DNA from: the human T2T-CHM13v2.0 reference genome, Homo sapiens
Length of the DNA stretch: 64,000 nucleotides
Assembly: GCF_009914755.1 (NCBI RefSeq)
Contig: NC_060936.1
Direction: 5' to 3' (one strand)
Shown here: piece after piece, positions 1-11,717 of the stretch
Layout: each line of letters opens with the position of its first letter
Numbering within the stretch: the first letter of the stretch is position 1
Program-made: the position numbers and the translations under genes
Notes under the pieces: model-generated
Seen by the model: the letters and a program-made list of their open reading frames with translations, nothing else
Databases searched by the model: none
Told to the model about the DNA's origin: nothing

Positions 1-101
1 AAGTCATATAAATGCAGAGAAAAAAATGGTTATTATACGAATCTAGAGAAGATGTATATAATTACTTATATTACATGGTGTCAGTGCTTAATTACAAATT
101 A

Positions 102-326
102 CAGGTGTTCCTCAATTATGATGAGGTGACAGTCCAATAAACCCATCCTACATTGAAAATATACTATATTGAAAGTGCATTTTTGCCTTAAAATATTTTC
201 AATTTAGGGTGGGTTTATCTGGACATACCTCATCTTAAATCAAGGAGCCTATTGAATGCCTATCGCTTTGTACCATGGTAAAGTGGAAAATTGTAAGTCA
301 AACCATCGTAAGTCTGACACCATCTG
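102..326 (+). mobile_element. Tigger-derived MITE (MER47/Tigger5-like, TcMar)
   Basis: Begins CAGGTGTTCCTCAATTATGATG..ATAAACCCATC, ends AACCATCGTAAGTCTGACACCATCTG; flanked by TA on both sides (100-101, 327-328). Confidence 0.75.
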
Positions 327-864
327 TACATGGTATTTAGAAATATCTCTATATTGTGGTGAAATTACCTTTGAAATTTTAAGCTTTGGATATTACTATT
401 ATGTTCTTCAAGGCACTTATGGAGTAAACGTAGAGTATTTTGCCTTCAATATATGTGCACTCAGGATGTATAGATATTTTTAAAACTAAGGTATTCAATT
501 AAGGAAATCATAGGCATTTTGTTCCCTCCTCCTTACCCCCAGTACCCTAAATAACTTAAATATAATATTAGGCCAAAAGCTGATTATGCAATATACTATA
601 ATATTCCTTAGGAAAGATATGAGTACATATTTTATCTTTTTCTAGTGGTTATTAAAAATGAATACATACTCATTCAGATCAATGTAGAAGTGGAGATGAA
701 AATTTTGTATTTTTCCTGAAGCCTCCTTTCTGGCTCTACTTCCATCAGTTACGAGTTAATGCTGCAAGGGACATAGATGTATGAAGTAAATTATATACTC
801 AATTTTATTGAGCTTACTACTGTATGAAAAAATAAAAAAATAAAAGAAATATAAGTTTAATAAT

Positions 865-1080
865 AACAATTATTGATTGCTTACCATCAGCAATATACAG
901 TGTTTGCTAAGGTTGTCACTTACATTATCTCCTTTATTTAATTAACTACTTACAGTTAACTATCTCCATTTTTCAGTTGAGAAAAGTGAAGGTTACAAAA
1001 ATTCAGTAATATACCCAATATATATGCAGCTGGTGTGGGATTAAAACTCAAATTTTTCTAACTCTAGCATCTGACTTTTA
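865..1080 (-). mobile_element. MIR fragment
   Basis: Degenerate core TATCTCCATTTTTCAGTTGAGAAAAGTGAAGGTT...GGGATTAAAACTCAAAT. Confidence 0.55.
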
Positions 1081-1141
1081 TACTTTATACTTTATCACCT
1101 CACAATGTCTGAATAAGTACCTTTAACATTGCAGAAAATAA

Positions 1142-1425
1142 TTTTTTTGAGACAGAGTCTCGCTCTGTCACCCAAGCTGGAATGCAATGGTGAGATCTAG
1201 GCTCACTGCAACCTCTGCCTCCCTGGCTCAGGTGATCCTCCCACCTCAGCCTCCCAACTAGCTGGGACTACAGGCGCGTGCCATCATGCCTGGCTAATTT
1301 TTATATTTTTTTGTTTGTTTGTAGACACAAGGTTTCACCCTGTTGCCTAGACTGGTTTCAAACTCCTAGGCTGAAGCGATCCACCAAAGTGCTGGGATTA
1401 CAGGTGTGAGCCACTGTGCCACACC
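1142..1425 (-). mobile_element. Alu (AluJ-like)
   Basis: Dimeric Alu, antisense; TSD CAGAAAATAATTTTT at 1132-1146 and 1426-1440. Confidence 0.92.
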
Positions 1426-1858
1426 CAGAAAATAATTTTTAAGAAAAGAGTTTTCTTCCCTTTAGAATACTGAAACTAACATGGACTAATTGTCCATACA
1501 TACAAATTTTAAATTTTTTCACCTGTTTCTTGGGTCACCTTTGTCTAACAGAGATTATTTTATTTCATTTCAATACTATTAAAATATTAATACAATGTGA
1601 AGCCCTAGTGTAAAAATAACATTTTCATTCTCATAGCAATTCTTTCCAATGCCTGGCTGGATTTGTTGTTTGTCTTTTGATCATATTTCAAACTTTATCT
1701 TCCCTAAGAAAGCACATGCTTTATAGCAAGTATTGCCAAAATTAATGTTAATTAACAAAGTTAATCCAGGCAATGTATATTTAAAAACCAAGTTCCTATT
1801 TCAAATTATCATGCAAAATATTTTCACAGAGATATATTTAATAAGAAATGAATATCTC

Positions 1859-1940
1859 TGTAATCCCAGCACTTTGCAAGAACAAGGTAGGAGCAACACT
1901 TGAACACAGTAGTTCTAGACCAGCTTGAGCAACATAAGCT
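1859..1940 (+). mobile_element. Alu left-arm/FLAM fragment
   Basis: TGTAATCCCAGCACTTTG...AGTTCTAGACCAGCTTGAGCAACATA. Confidence 0.7.
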
Positions 1941-3099
1941 TTTTTGCATCTTTTTATGGACAAAATCAATTACTTAGCTTTGCCATGGGTGGTCTTCTCC
2001 TCTGGGGACAAAAAAAAAAAAGCAAGACTTTTTAACTCTTCCTTTATTGCAAAATCGTAACCATAAGTGAAAACATTCTTTTGTAAATTTCTATGACAGG
2101 GTAGGATTTATTAAAAGCTTAAAAAAGAATGGCAAAAAAGAGAACCAAAGTTTATTAGGCACTGTGCTAAAATTCTTAAAATCGTTTCCTCATTTGCTGT
2201 AGATGATATTTTCTCCATTTTATAGATCAGTAAATTGAGGCCAGAGAAAGATCAACTAGGATAAAATAGCAATTATGCTGCTTCCTTAAAAATAAGAAGG
2301 AGCATGATGGTGTCCATTAGTCTACTAGTAAAGCTTGAAATTTGCTTTTAGGCCTTGAACTTGCCCTGGAGATCTTTAGCTGGCATTCTTCTTAACCCTT
2401 AAAGGGATTCTTGATCATAAGCTCCTGACTTTGCTTCTTTTAATATACTGGGGAATCTCTGCCACTACCAAGTAGTAAGGGCATGATTACATGTTTTAAA
2501 ATTTTATTAAAGCATGTTTCAAAAGACATCAGGAAGACTCTAAGATTCTATATTGCATTAGTTACATTTTATAAAACATTTTTAAAAATACTTGCACTCT
2601 TTTACAGTTGGCCTTTTATTTCCCACGTCACAAGGTCTGAAACAAAGAGACAAGGATTCCTGCAGGGATTTGACCCCAGGAACCACATAGTTCCAGAATG
2701 TGTTATGCTCTCTGTTTCCCTCACTTAACCACACTCATGCTTCAATGGTTTGCAGACTTCCATGGGAACAACAACAACAAAAGTTATTGTTATGGGATAA
2801 TCTGAATTTAACAGATGATCTGATCTGTGAAGAGAAACTGTCTCCTCTTTTGCAGAAAGTACATTAAACATTTGTCTCCAACTAACCCATCAAGCTTTTT
2901 AAGGATATCTCTATTTTCTCTCTTTTCCTATACATACTCTGCAATTTCTCACATATGAAATATTCATCTAATTGTTAATATAATTCAATTTAATATCAGT
3001 AGCTAAAGATATTCAGTGATATTAGGCTTTTTGAAAATGATTTACTATCTTTAAGGATGCTTTTTATGTTATTTAGAATAAATAGTGACAGTTTTATTA

Positions 3100-3113
3100 G
3101 TTGCTATAGCAAC
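3100..3113. promoter_or_regulatory. Perfect palindromic RFX X-box-like motif GTTGCTATAGCAAC
   Basis: 14-bp perfect palindrome resembling the RFX consensus GTTGCCATGGCAAC; function not shown. Confidence 0.35.
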
Positions 3114-3289
3114 CTGAAATTCCATTTAAAAATGTGACATTCCATTTTCTCATAAGGCATTTTAATTAAAACATATTTGTGTTTACTGAAATGAATATCT
3201 AATCTAACCATCATAGTAAGAGGTCATGTGATATAATTGATAATATAGTTACATAGCACTGGAAATGAATTGAATTTGGAACAAAAGTC

Positions 3290-3615
3290 TTTCTATTTTA
3301 TAGATACACAATATTTTACATATTTATGGGGTACATGTGAGGATTTTTTACATGAATAGAATGTGTAATGACCAAGTAAGGATATTTGAGGTATCCATCA
3401 CCTGAAGTATTTGCCATTTATATGTGTTGGTAGTATGTTGAGTCCTCTCTTCTAGCTATTGTAAAACATACAATATATTGTTGCTACCTATAGTCATCCT
3501 AGTCTGGTAGGAAACATTAGAACTTATTTCTTTTATCTAACTGTCAGTTTATACTTATTCAGTAACCTCTCTTCACTTACTCCTCTCACCCTCACACCCT
3601 TCCCCACCTCTGGTA
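3290..3615 (-). mobile_element. L1MA-type 3' end
   Basis: TTTACATATTTATGGGGTACATGTGAG...GGTATCCATCACCTGAAGTATT, typical antisense L1MA 3' UTR; host appears to resume at ~5730-5815. Confidence 0.8.
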
Positions 3616-5728
3616 TGCTTTTATTTTATTTTTTTCATTTACTCAAGGTGCAATGTGAGATTGTTAATTTGAGATCTTTCCAGCTTCTTGATTAAAGTGT
3701 TTAGGGCTACAACTTTCTTCATAATACTGCCTTAGCTGCATCCCAGAGATCTTGGCAAGTTGTGCCCCTATTTTCATTAATTTCAAAGAATTTTTTGATT
3801 TCTGACTTAAATTTCAATTTTCACCCAGAAGTTATCTGGAGCAAGTTACTTAATTTCCATGTACTTGTGTAATTTTGAGAGATCGTCTTGATATTGATTT
3901 CTATTTTTATTGCACTGTGATTGGAGAGTGTGTTTGGTATTATTTAAGTTTTTTTGAATTTATTGGAACTTGCTTTATGACTAAGTATGTGGTGAATCAC
4001 AGAATATGTTGAGTGCAAGTAAGGAAAATGTATACTTTGTGATTGTTGGGTGGAGTATTCTATAGATGTCTATTAGGTTCAATTGCTCAAGTATTGAGTT
4101 TAAGTCCGAAATTTCTTTGTTGCTTTTCTGTCTCAATGATTGGTCTAATGCTTTCAATGGAGTATTGAAGTCTCCTACTATTATTGTGTGGCTATCTAAG
4201 TATTTTTGTAAGTCAAGGAGAACTTTTTTTTTAATGAATCTGGGTGCTTCAATTTTGGGTGCTTATATATTTATGATAGTTAAGTCTTGCTATCCAGATT
4301 GTGACTTCTGTGCCTTTCACTTCAGGCATTTCAGTCTGGTTAAAGGCCATTGCTGGGGAGCTAGTGGGCTCATTTGGAGATAAGGAGACATTCTGGTTTT
4401 TTGAATTGCCAGAGTCTTGTGCTGATTCTTTCCTATCTGAGGGGACTGGTGTTTCTTTAATTGGGGTGTAAGCTGAGTATAGTCAATTCAGTTTGTTTCT
4501 GAATGTTTTCAGAGGGTCAAGGTTCATACAGGATCTTTATTTGTGGGCAAATTCTTGCACTTGTTTTCAGGGGTGTATGTTAGCAGAATAATTTTTGGTG
4601 TTGTGGTTTGGGCAGTGATACACTAGATGGTATTTAAGAGTAATGGCCAGTAGAAAGGCTCTTAGCCATGCGGCTCTTTTGTATTTCCTTGTGTTTGCTG
4701 GTATGCTCTGTAGTAGGGGCTGAGGGGAGATATGATTCCCTCACCAGCTCTTCTCCTGGGCTTTCAGGGAACCCCCTGTGATCACTGGTGCCATGCTCGT
4801 GTTTCTTTTACTAGGTGTTCTGAGCTATGGGGTTCCCTAGGGCAGAGGCTGTGGCAGGGAGATAGGTCTCGTACTTTCTGGACTATCCCTGCAGTAGAAT
4901 GCACACCCTGCTCCTGCACCAGCCCTTGAATCCCCATTTCTAACCCTTCTCAGTGCTCTTAGACTGTGAGCTCCTCCCTTGCTTGATTGCTGGCCACAGA
5001 TCTCCACTCAGCACTCCTGAGCTGCACATTACATCCCTGGGGCACAAAGTTGGCTCCAGCTACACTGGGGTATCTGCAGTGCTCCTAGGTCACCATAAAA
5101 GTACTCAGATGGGGCAAAGCACTCAGGATGGGCATTGGATGCTGCACTGTGCCCATGCTCCTATGGGATGGCTAGGCAGGATCCCTGGGAGGGGCTGGCA
5201 TGCAGAAGGGCCTGCAGGACAGACATGCCCCAGTCTCACAGGAAAGACTGTGCTGTTCTCTCCTGCCTTTGTGGTCACCTGGGGCTAGAGCTTCTAGGAG
5301 GGAGATGGGGATCTCCGGGTAATGAGTGCCTATGGCTGCAATTTACTGGAGTTGCCTCAAGAACAAAAGCCCTAGGGCTCTGCACTAGCCAAAGCCTGAT
5401 GTCTGCCTACTTCCTGGGCAGATCCTCCTGCCAGCTCATACATCCTTGGGGTATGTGAGGTTTGCTGTAGCTAAGATCCCAGAGGTTTGCCACAGGAGTA
5501 GACTGTCTCTCATTCTCCTCACTCACTCCTTCCCCAGGAGTTGTTTAGGGCTGTACAGGGTTCCCAGCTTCCTCTCTCTTCAGCCTTGACACCAGCATCA
5601 CCTCTCTATCTACTCTTGGTGTTTTCTCTCTGTAGATCTGCCCAAATTATGTTGGTTTACTCATTAACTTCATCTCATTATGTGGGAGCAGTGCTCACTG
5701 GCTGCATCTAGTCAGTCATTTTGTAGCC
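3616..5728 (-). mobile_element. L1PB-like element: 5' UTR plus start of ORF1 joined to part of the ORF2 endonuclease region, no 3' end
   Basis: 3640-4290 is antisense ORF2 5' region; 4290-5728 is GC-richer 5' UTR whose sense start reads CAAAATGACTGACTAGATGCAGCCAGTG. Confidence 0.7.
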
Positions 5729-6939
5729 CATCTCTATGTCTTCTTTTGAGAATTGTCTATTCATGTCCTTTGCCCATTTTTAATGAGATTATTTGTTTTC
5801 CTTATTGTTGAATTAGAAAAAAATGTCATTTTTAGTTAACTGCTTCACTAATTAGGTTAACTTAGTTCTACCACCATTATCTATAATTTAATACTCTTAT
5901 ACCCTTGATTTACTAAATCTAATAAATTGCTGTTACTTGACTAACAGATACTATCAGATATTCTTCTTTAAGATTTTTGGACAGTTTTCCTCTCAGAAAG
6001 AATTGCTAACTCCTCTTTGTAGCCTGGGTGTTTTCTGTATAGGTTGCTAATATGCTTAATTATTTCCTCTTAACTGGGTTGATATGTCTCAAGGGCAAGG
6101 CTGCATTTATTTTCCAACATCTAGTTCTAGCACTTAAAATCATGGGATCTCAATAGCAGTTTTAATGCCTAATGTATACATGTATGCAAGAATACATGAG
6201 AATAAACCAAATAATGAAAAGTGATAATTTATAAAGATATAAATTTTAAAAAGCTCATGAAAAGATGAATAGATTTATTCTCATCAACTCTCTTTGTATA
6301 TCTCAACTTTGTCTCAACTATTCTCTTGAGCTTTATCTTTATTTCAAAATTCTGAGATACTATTTTAAAAGGGGTTTCTCTGTGTAGTTTAGAACATACT
6401 GTTGAGGGAAAAAGGTAGTTACAGAATAGCACATATAACATGATATTACACAATATACTCTTATGAAAATAGTATGTCTGTGCATGTGTGTATACTTAGA
6501 GATCTTGAACAAGGTTGATCAAAGTATTAGTAGTTGTTACATCAGGGTGTTAAAATTTTATGTCTTTTTCTCTAATTTCCAATTTTTAAACTTATTTGAA
6601 TTTCTAGATTGATCATTTACATTTATTTTAAAAATATATTTCCTAAATGAAAATAGATTATCAATAAGCAGAGTAAATGAAAATATATCAGTAAATATGC
6701 ATAGTGCTGGAATTGGATAGTTTAAAATGATAATGGTATTTTCCTAGATATCCTGAAGATTATAATTTATTTTCCTGTTTTATATATTTTCCAAAGAATT
6801 ATTAAATCACAAAAGTTTCTCACAATGAGTAAAATATAACCTATAAAATTAACAACAAAAATGTCCTGGAAACAAAATTTCTTACCACGTTTAAAAAGTT
6901 TCTAACTGGTGACCTCCAAGATTCTTAAACAGGGTAAAG

Positions 6940-7325
6940 TGTACACAACCATTAAAAAAAAAAAAAAAAAAAAGAAATCATGTCCTTTACAGCAACATGG
7001 ATGAAGATGGAAGCCATTGCCCCAAGGGGATTGAGAAACAAAACCAAATAGTGCATGTTCTCACTTCTAAGTGGGAGTTCAACAATGGGTACACATGGAC
7101 ATAAAGATGGAAATAATAAACACTGGGGACTCTAAAAGAAGAAAGTGTGGGAGAGGGGTGAGGGTTCATAAATTACCTATTGGGTACAATGTTCCCTATT
7201 TGGGTAATGGGCACACTAGAGGCCCAATCTTCACCAATATGCAACATACTCATGTAACAAATAAGAACATGCAACTCCTGTATCTAAAATCAATTAATTA
7301 AAATCCCCAAAAAACAAAACAAAAA
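6940..7325 (+). mobile_element. L1 (L1PB/L1MA-like) 3' end
   Basis: GAAATCATGTCCTTTACAGCAACATGGATG...CATGTTCTCACTTCTAAGTGGGAG; A-rich tail. Confidence 0.85.
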
Positions 7326-8739
7326 CCTTAAGCAAATATTTCTCAATGATAATGTTGGATTTCAGTTGATATGACAAATTTAGCCCACACCTCCATGTTC
7401 TTATGCAGAATCCTTTGGCTCTGAAAATACTAGTCAATGGAAACTGGCAGAATGACCACCAGATATTCGGCAATATACATGATCTACATATCTCAGACTA
7501 TTGTTAGAATATTGGGCATTTTTTCTTCTTCCCCATTATTTCTTCCTTTACTGTACTAAATGAAGATTGAGGTCCATAACTTTGACCTGCAAGCACCTCA
7601 TTGTAGCCACTTGTTCATTCTTTTTAAAGGTGCCCCCAGTCCTTGAGACAATGACACCTTTTAGGTTGAAACATTTCCTCAGAGATTTTGAATGCAAATC
7701 TATTTTCTATCTTCATAGATTAGACAGGGTATATCCATTTGAGTGTCCCCTTGAGCATCTCTAGCCATCTCAATAAGCCCCAAGAACTCCAGGTGGGTAG
7801 AATATTAAGAAGAAACTCCCAAATATATTTAGTTTTTAATTTTTCTCGGCTGGTCCTGTGCATGCTAGCAATGATCTCTTTTCCTACGTCTATGGTTGCT
7901 CAATGGAGCAGCAAAAACATCGTAGAAGAAAAAAAAAAACAGATTAGGGATACTGTTTTGCTGAGCTTCATGAAAAAAATCACGATTTACAATATACAAT
8001 ATTGTGATTATTTCCCGCGTTTCATGTCTGGACTCATGATCTAGGCTTGTGGCTACATAAGTTTTATCCTGTACAGACTCAAGCAGCAGGTCAGATACAT
8101 TCACAGGAACAACCTATTCCCCAGCTGCTTCTTCCAAATTTAATTTATTTTGTGAAACATATTTTTATTAAAGAAACATTCTAGTTATAAGTGCACAAGT
8201 TAGTGGAATTTTACAAACAAAACACACCTCTGTTGCAACACCTGGATCAAGAAACAGAATATTGCCAGCCCCCTAGAAACCCCTTGTGTCCCCTCTAAGT
8301 CACTGTCCCTAAGGCTATAATTCTGTTGAGTATATTTGTAGGAGTGAAATTGTTGAGACACAGGTTTACATCAATTCTAATATTTAAGAGATTAAATCAC
8401 TTTTGCCTGTTTTGTGCTGTATATAAATGAAATCATAAAGCAAAAATTCTTTTATATTTTCAAAAAAGAGGCAAAGTATAATGTCCAGTAAAGAAGGAAG
8501 CATAGCTCACCAACATTCTCAATAATTTTTAGATTCTAGCAATAAAGATTGCAGTAGAAAATAATGATTAATGTTTATATATAGTTAATGTGGCCTTCTG
8601 CTTCCCACATTATCAGTGACTAAGAGTGTTGATAGACCATTCTGACTACAAGTCTACTATAGTACATCCTAAATAGAATTTTATCATGAGGCACAGTTGA
8701 TTTAGTAAGAGGTCATGAGGTCTCTAATTACTCTCCTCA

Positions 8740-10150
8740 CAGTGAAAACAAAAAGTGTGATTTGGTGCTGGAACAGTACATAGCTCTAAAGAAATGGGTT
8801 GCTCTGAGAACATTTACCACTGATAACACTGCTGAATGGATATTCAGTTTCAGTGGGGATGAAGTAGAGCAGCAGAGTCTATGATTTCCCCACTGACTAT
8901 GAATCTCCGAAAGCTGAAATGATCTCAGTTTGGATGCCAGCAAATGCAGAAGCAAATCCTCTCTGGAAGAAAGATTTTCCAATTTTTGTAATGCTAGATT
9001 CTCAATGGATAAAATAAAGAAATAAAATATATCAAAGATAACCAAATTATCAAAGGTCACCAAAAGCCACCCACTAACTCAGAGTTTGATTAAAAAATGA
9101 AAAGATGTTGTATTCAGTAATACAATAGGGTGACTATAGTTAACAATAATTTATTGTATATTTTAAAATAATAAAGTGAAAATGTAATGTTTCTAACACA
9201 AATAAATAATAACTGCATAAGGTGATCAATACCCCAATAACCCTGATTTTATCACACACATTGTATAACTGTATAAAAATATCACATGCATCCCATAAAA
9301 ATAGACAAGTGTTATCTGTGTATCCATAAGTAAAAGTAAAAATTTTTAAAAAGGTTTAGACACAAAAATTTAGATATACAGAAACTGCAGATGTTAGAGA
9401 ACAGCTACAGATGAATTTTTTTTAAATTTAGTCTATAACAAAACAATGAGGAATTAACATCTAGAAATAATCATATGTAATTTTTCAAAATAAAAAGAAC
9501 CATTGAATTGCTTAAATAGTAGATTAGAAAGAGTCAAAAACAGAATTAATGAACTGGAATATATATCCCAAGAAATGACTAAAATACGTCATGCAGATAA
9601 AAAGATGTATTAAAATGACATTAATATTTATATAGGACAGAATGAGAAGTCTAGTAAGCATCTGACTGGCATCCCAGAAGCAGGGAATAAAAAAAGTAAG
9701 TAGGGAAAGTAAAAAATGTTCAAAAAATATATTAAACACATACTAAACAAAAGGCAATATTTCAAGAAATAATGGTTGTGTTTCCTGAACTGATTTTATA
9801 TAAAAAACAAAATACATAGCCAGGAAGCACATTTTATCTAAGATAAGAAGATATCACTTGCAAAGAGAAAACAGCTCATTTCTAAGCAGTTATGTCAACA
9901 AGATTAAGAATGGAATTCAGAAGGAAGCAAAAAAAAAAAAGTTTCCAAATATTCACAGTAAATTAGTGTTGCCATAGGAATATATAACCAGTCAAATTAC
10001 CTTTAAAAATATGAAGTTGGATGGTTTCAAACATAAAGCAAAAGCTGAAAATGTGAAAATATATTAGGTATAAAATAAATAACCTGAACAGGGACAAAAA
10101 TTTTCCCTATTATCATGAATGTAACTTGGTTAAATTCCCTATTATAAGAC
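8740..10150 (+). mobile_element. Ancient L1M 5'/ORF1 fragments with an inserted L1MA 3' end (~9100-9350)
   Basis: A-rich ORF1-like sequence; AATAGGGTGACTATAGTTAACAATAATTTATTGTATATTT L1MA tail motif. Confidence 0.5.
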
Positions 10151-10157
10151 AAAGTGT

Positions 10158-10536
<379 letters not shown>

Positions 10537-11338
10537 TCAACAAATTACAAATATGAGATAATTCCTTAACCCAATGTAACATCTAAAATATTCTCTCCCT
10601 GTACACCATCTGCTATTAAGATCAAATCATGAGGTATCATCCTTTCATATTTGTGTAACTGGTATTTATGCAAATTCGGTAACTATTACTGTCCATTTTG
10701 CTACCTTCTAGCCTTAGGAAAATGACTTTAGAACCACAGCACCCATTCCACCCTTCCCCAAACTCCAATTATTTCTAGAGATCACCAATGTGTATTGTAT
10801 ATGATCTCAACGACATCTGCTAACGTCTTGCTTATTCGCATCTTGACGCAAAGCTCTGTTGGACACTAAAGATGTGTCAGTTCACAGGGAGCCAGAACTT
10901 CAGTGTGCTCCTCATAGAAACTGAAATAATGCTTTTGCCTACTCGAGATCCCACTGGTCCCTAAGTCCTGAGGCAGCACTGTCTATATGCTGTATTTCCT
11001 AAATCCCTTTGAAACATTCATCTTCACTTTTAAACAATGGTATTCTTTCTAGAAATTTCCAAAGTAGCAAATGGGAGCAAGTTTGAGCATAAACCATCCT
11101 GTGTTTCTTCTCCTCATCGAGTCTATCAATCACTGCCAGCAGACATTTCTCACAAAATTTCCTCCTTCTCTCTCACATCACATAGTACTTAGATCCTAAC
11201 AACATATCAATTAAAAACAAGCAAAAGAGTTTTAAACAATAATACTATTTAATGGTGTGTTATGAGAACCTATCAGCCAGGGTAAGTGCCTGAATAATCA
11301 GGAAACTCAGATGATATGCTGTATTTGCATATACTAGC

Positions 11339-11717
11339 TGTATTAGTCCATTTGCACACTGCTATAAGGACATACCCGAAACTAGGTAATTTATAAAGGA
11401 AAGGCGTTTAATTGACTCACAGTTCAGCATGGTTGGGGAGGCCTCAGGAAACTTACAATCGTGGAGGAAGGTGAAGGGGAAAGAAAGGCACCTTCTTCAC
11501 AAGGTGGCAGGAAGAAATGCTGAGCAAAGGGGGAAGAGTCCCTTATAAAACCATCAGATGTTGTAAGAATTCACTCACTATCATGAGAACAACGTGGGGG
11601 AAACTGCCCTCATGATTCAGTCACCTCCACCTGGCCTCTCCCTTGACATGGGGGGGATTATGGAGATTACAATTCAAAATAAAAAGTTTGGTGGGGACAC
11701 AGAGCCTAACCACATCA
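11339..11717 (-). mobile_element. THE1D-like MaLR solo LTR
   Basis: TGTATTAGTCC...AACCACATCA termini; 5-bp TSD CTAGC/CCAGC. Confidence 0.88.

Noticed and set aside
7865-8104. 79-aa minus-strand ORF as a processed pseudogene
   Set aside because: No recognisable homolog, poly(A) tail or TSD; includes a translated homopolymer.
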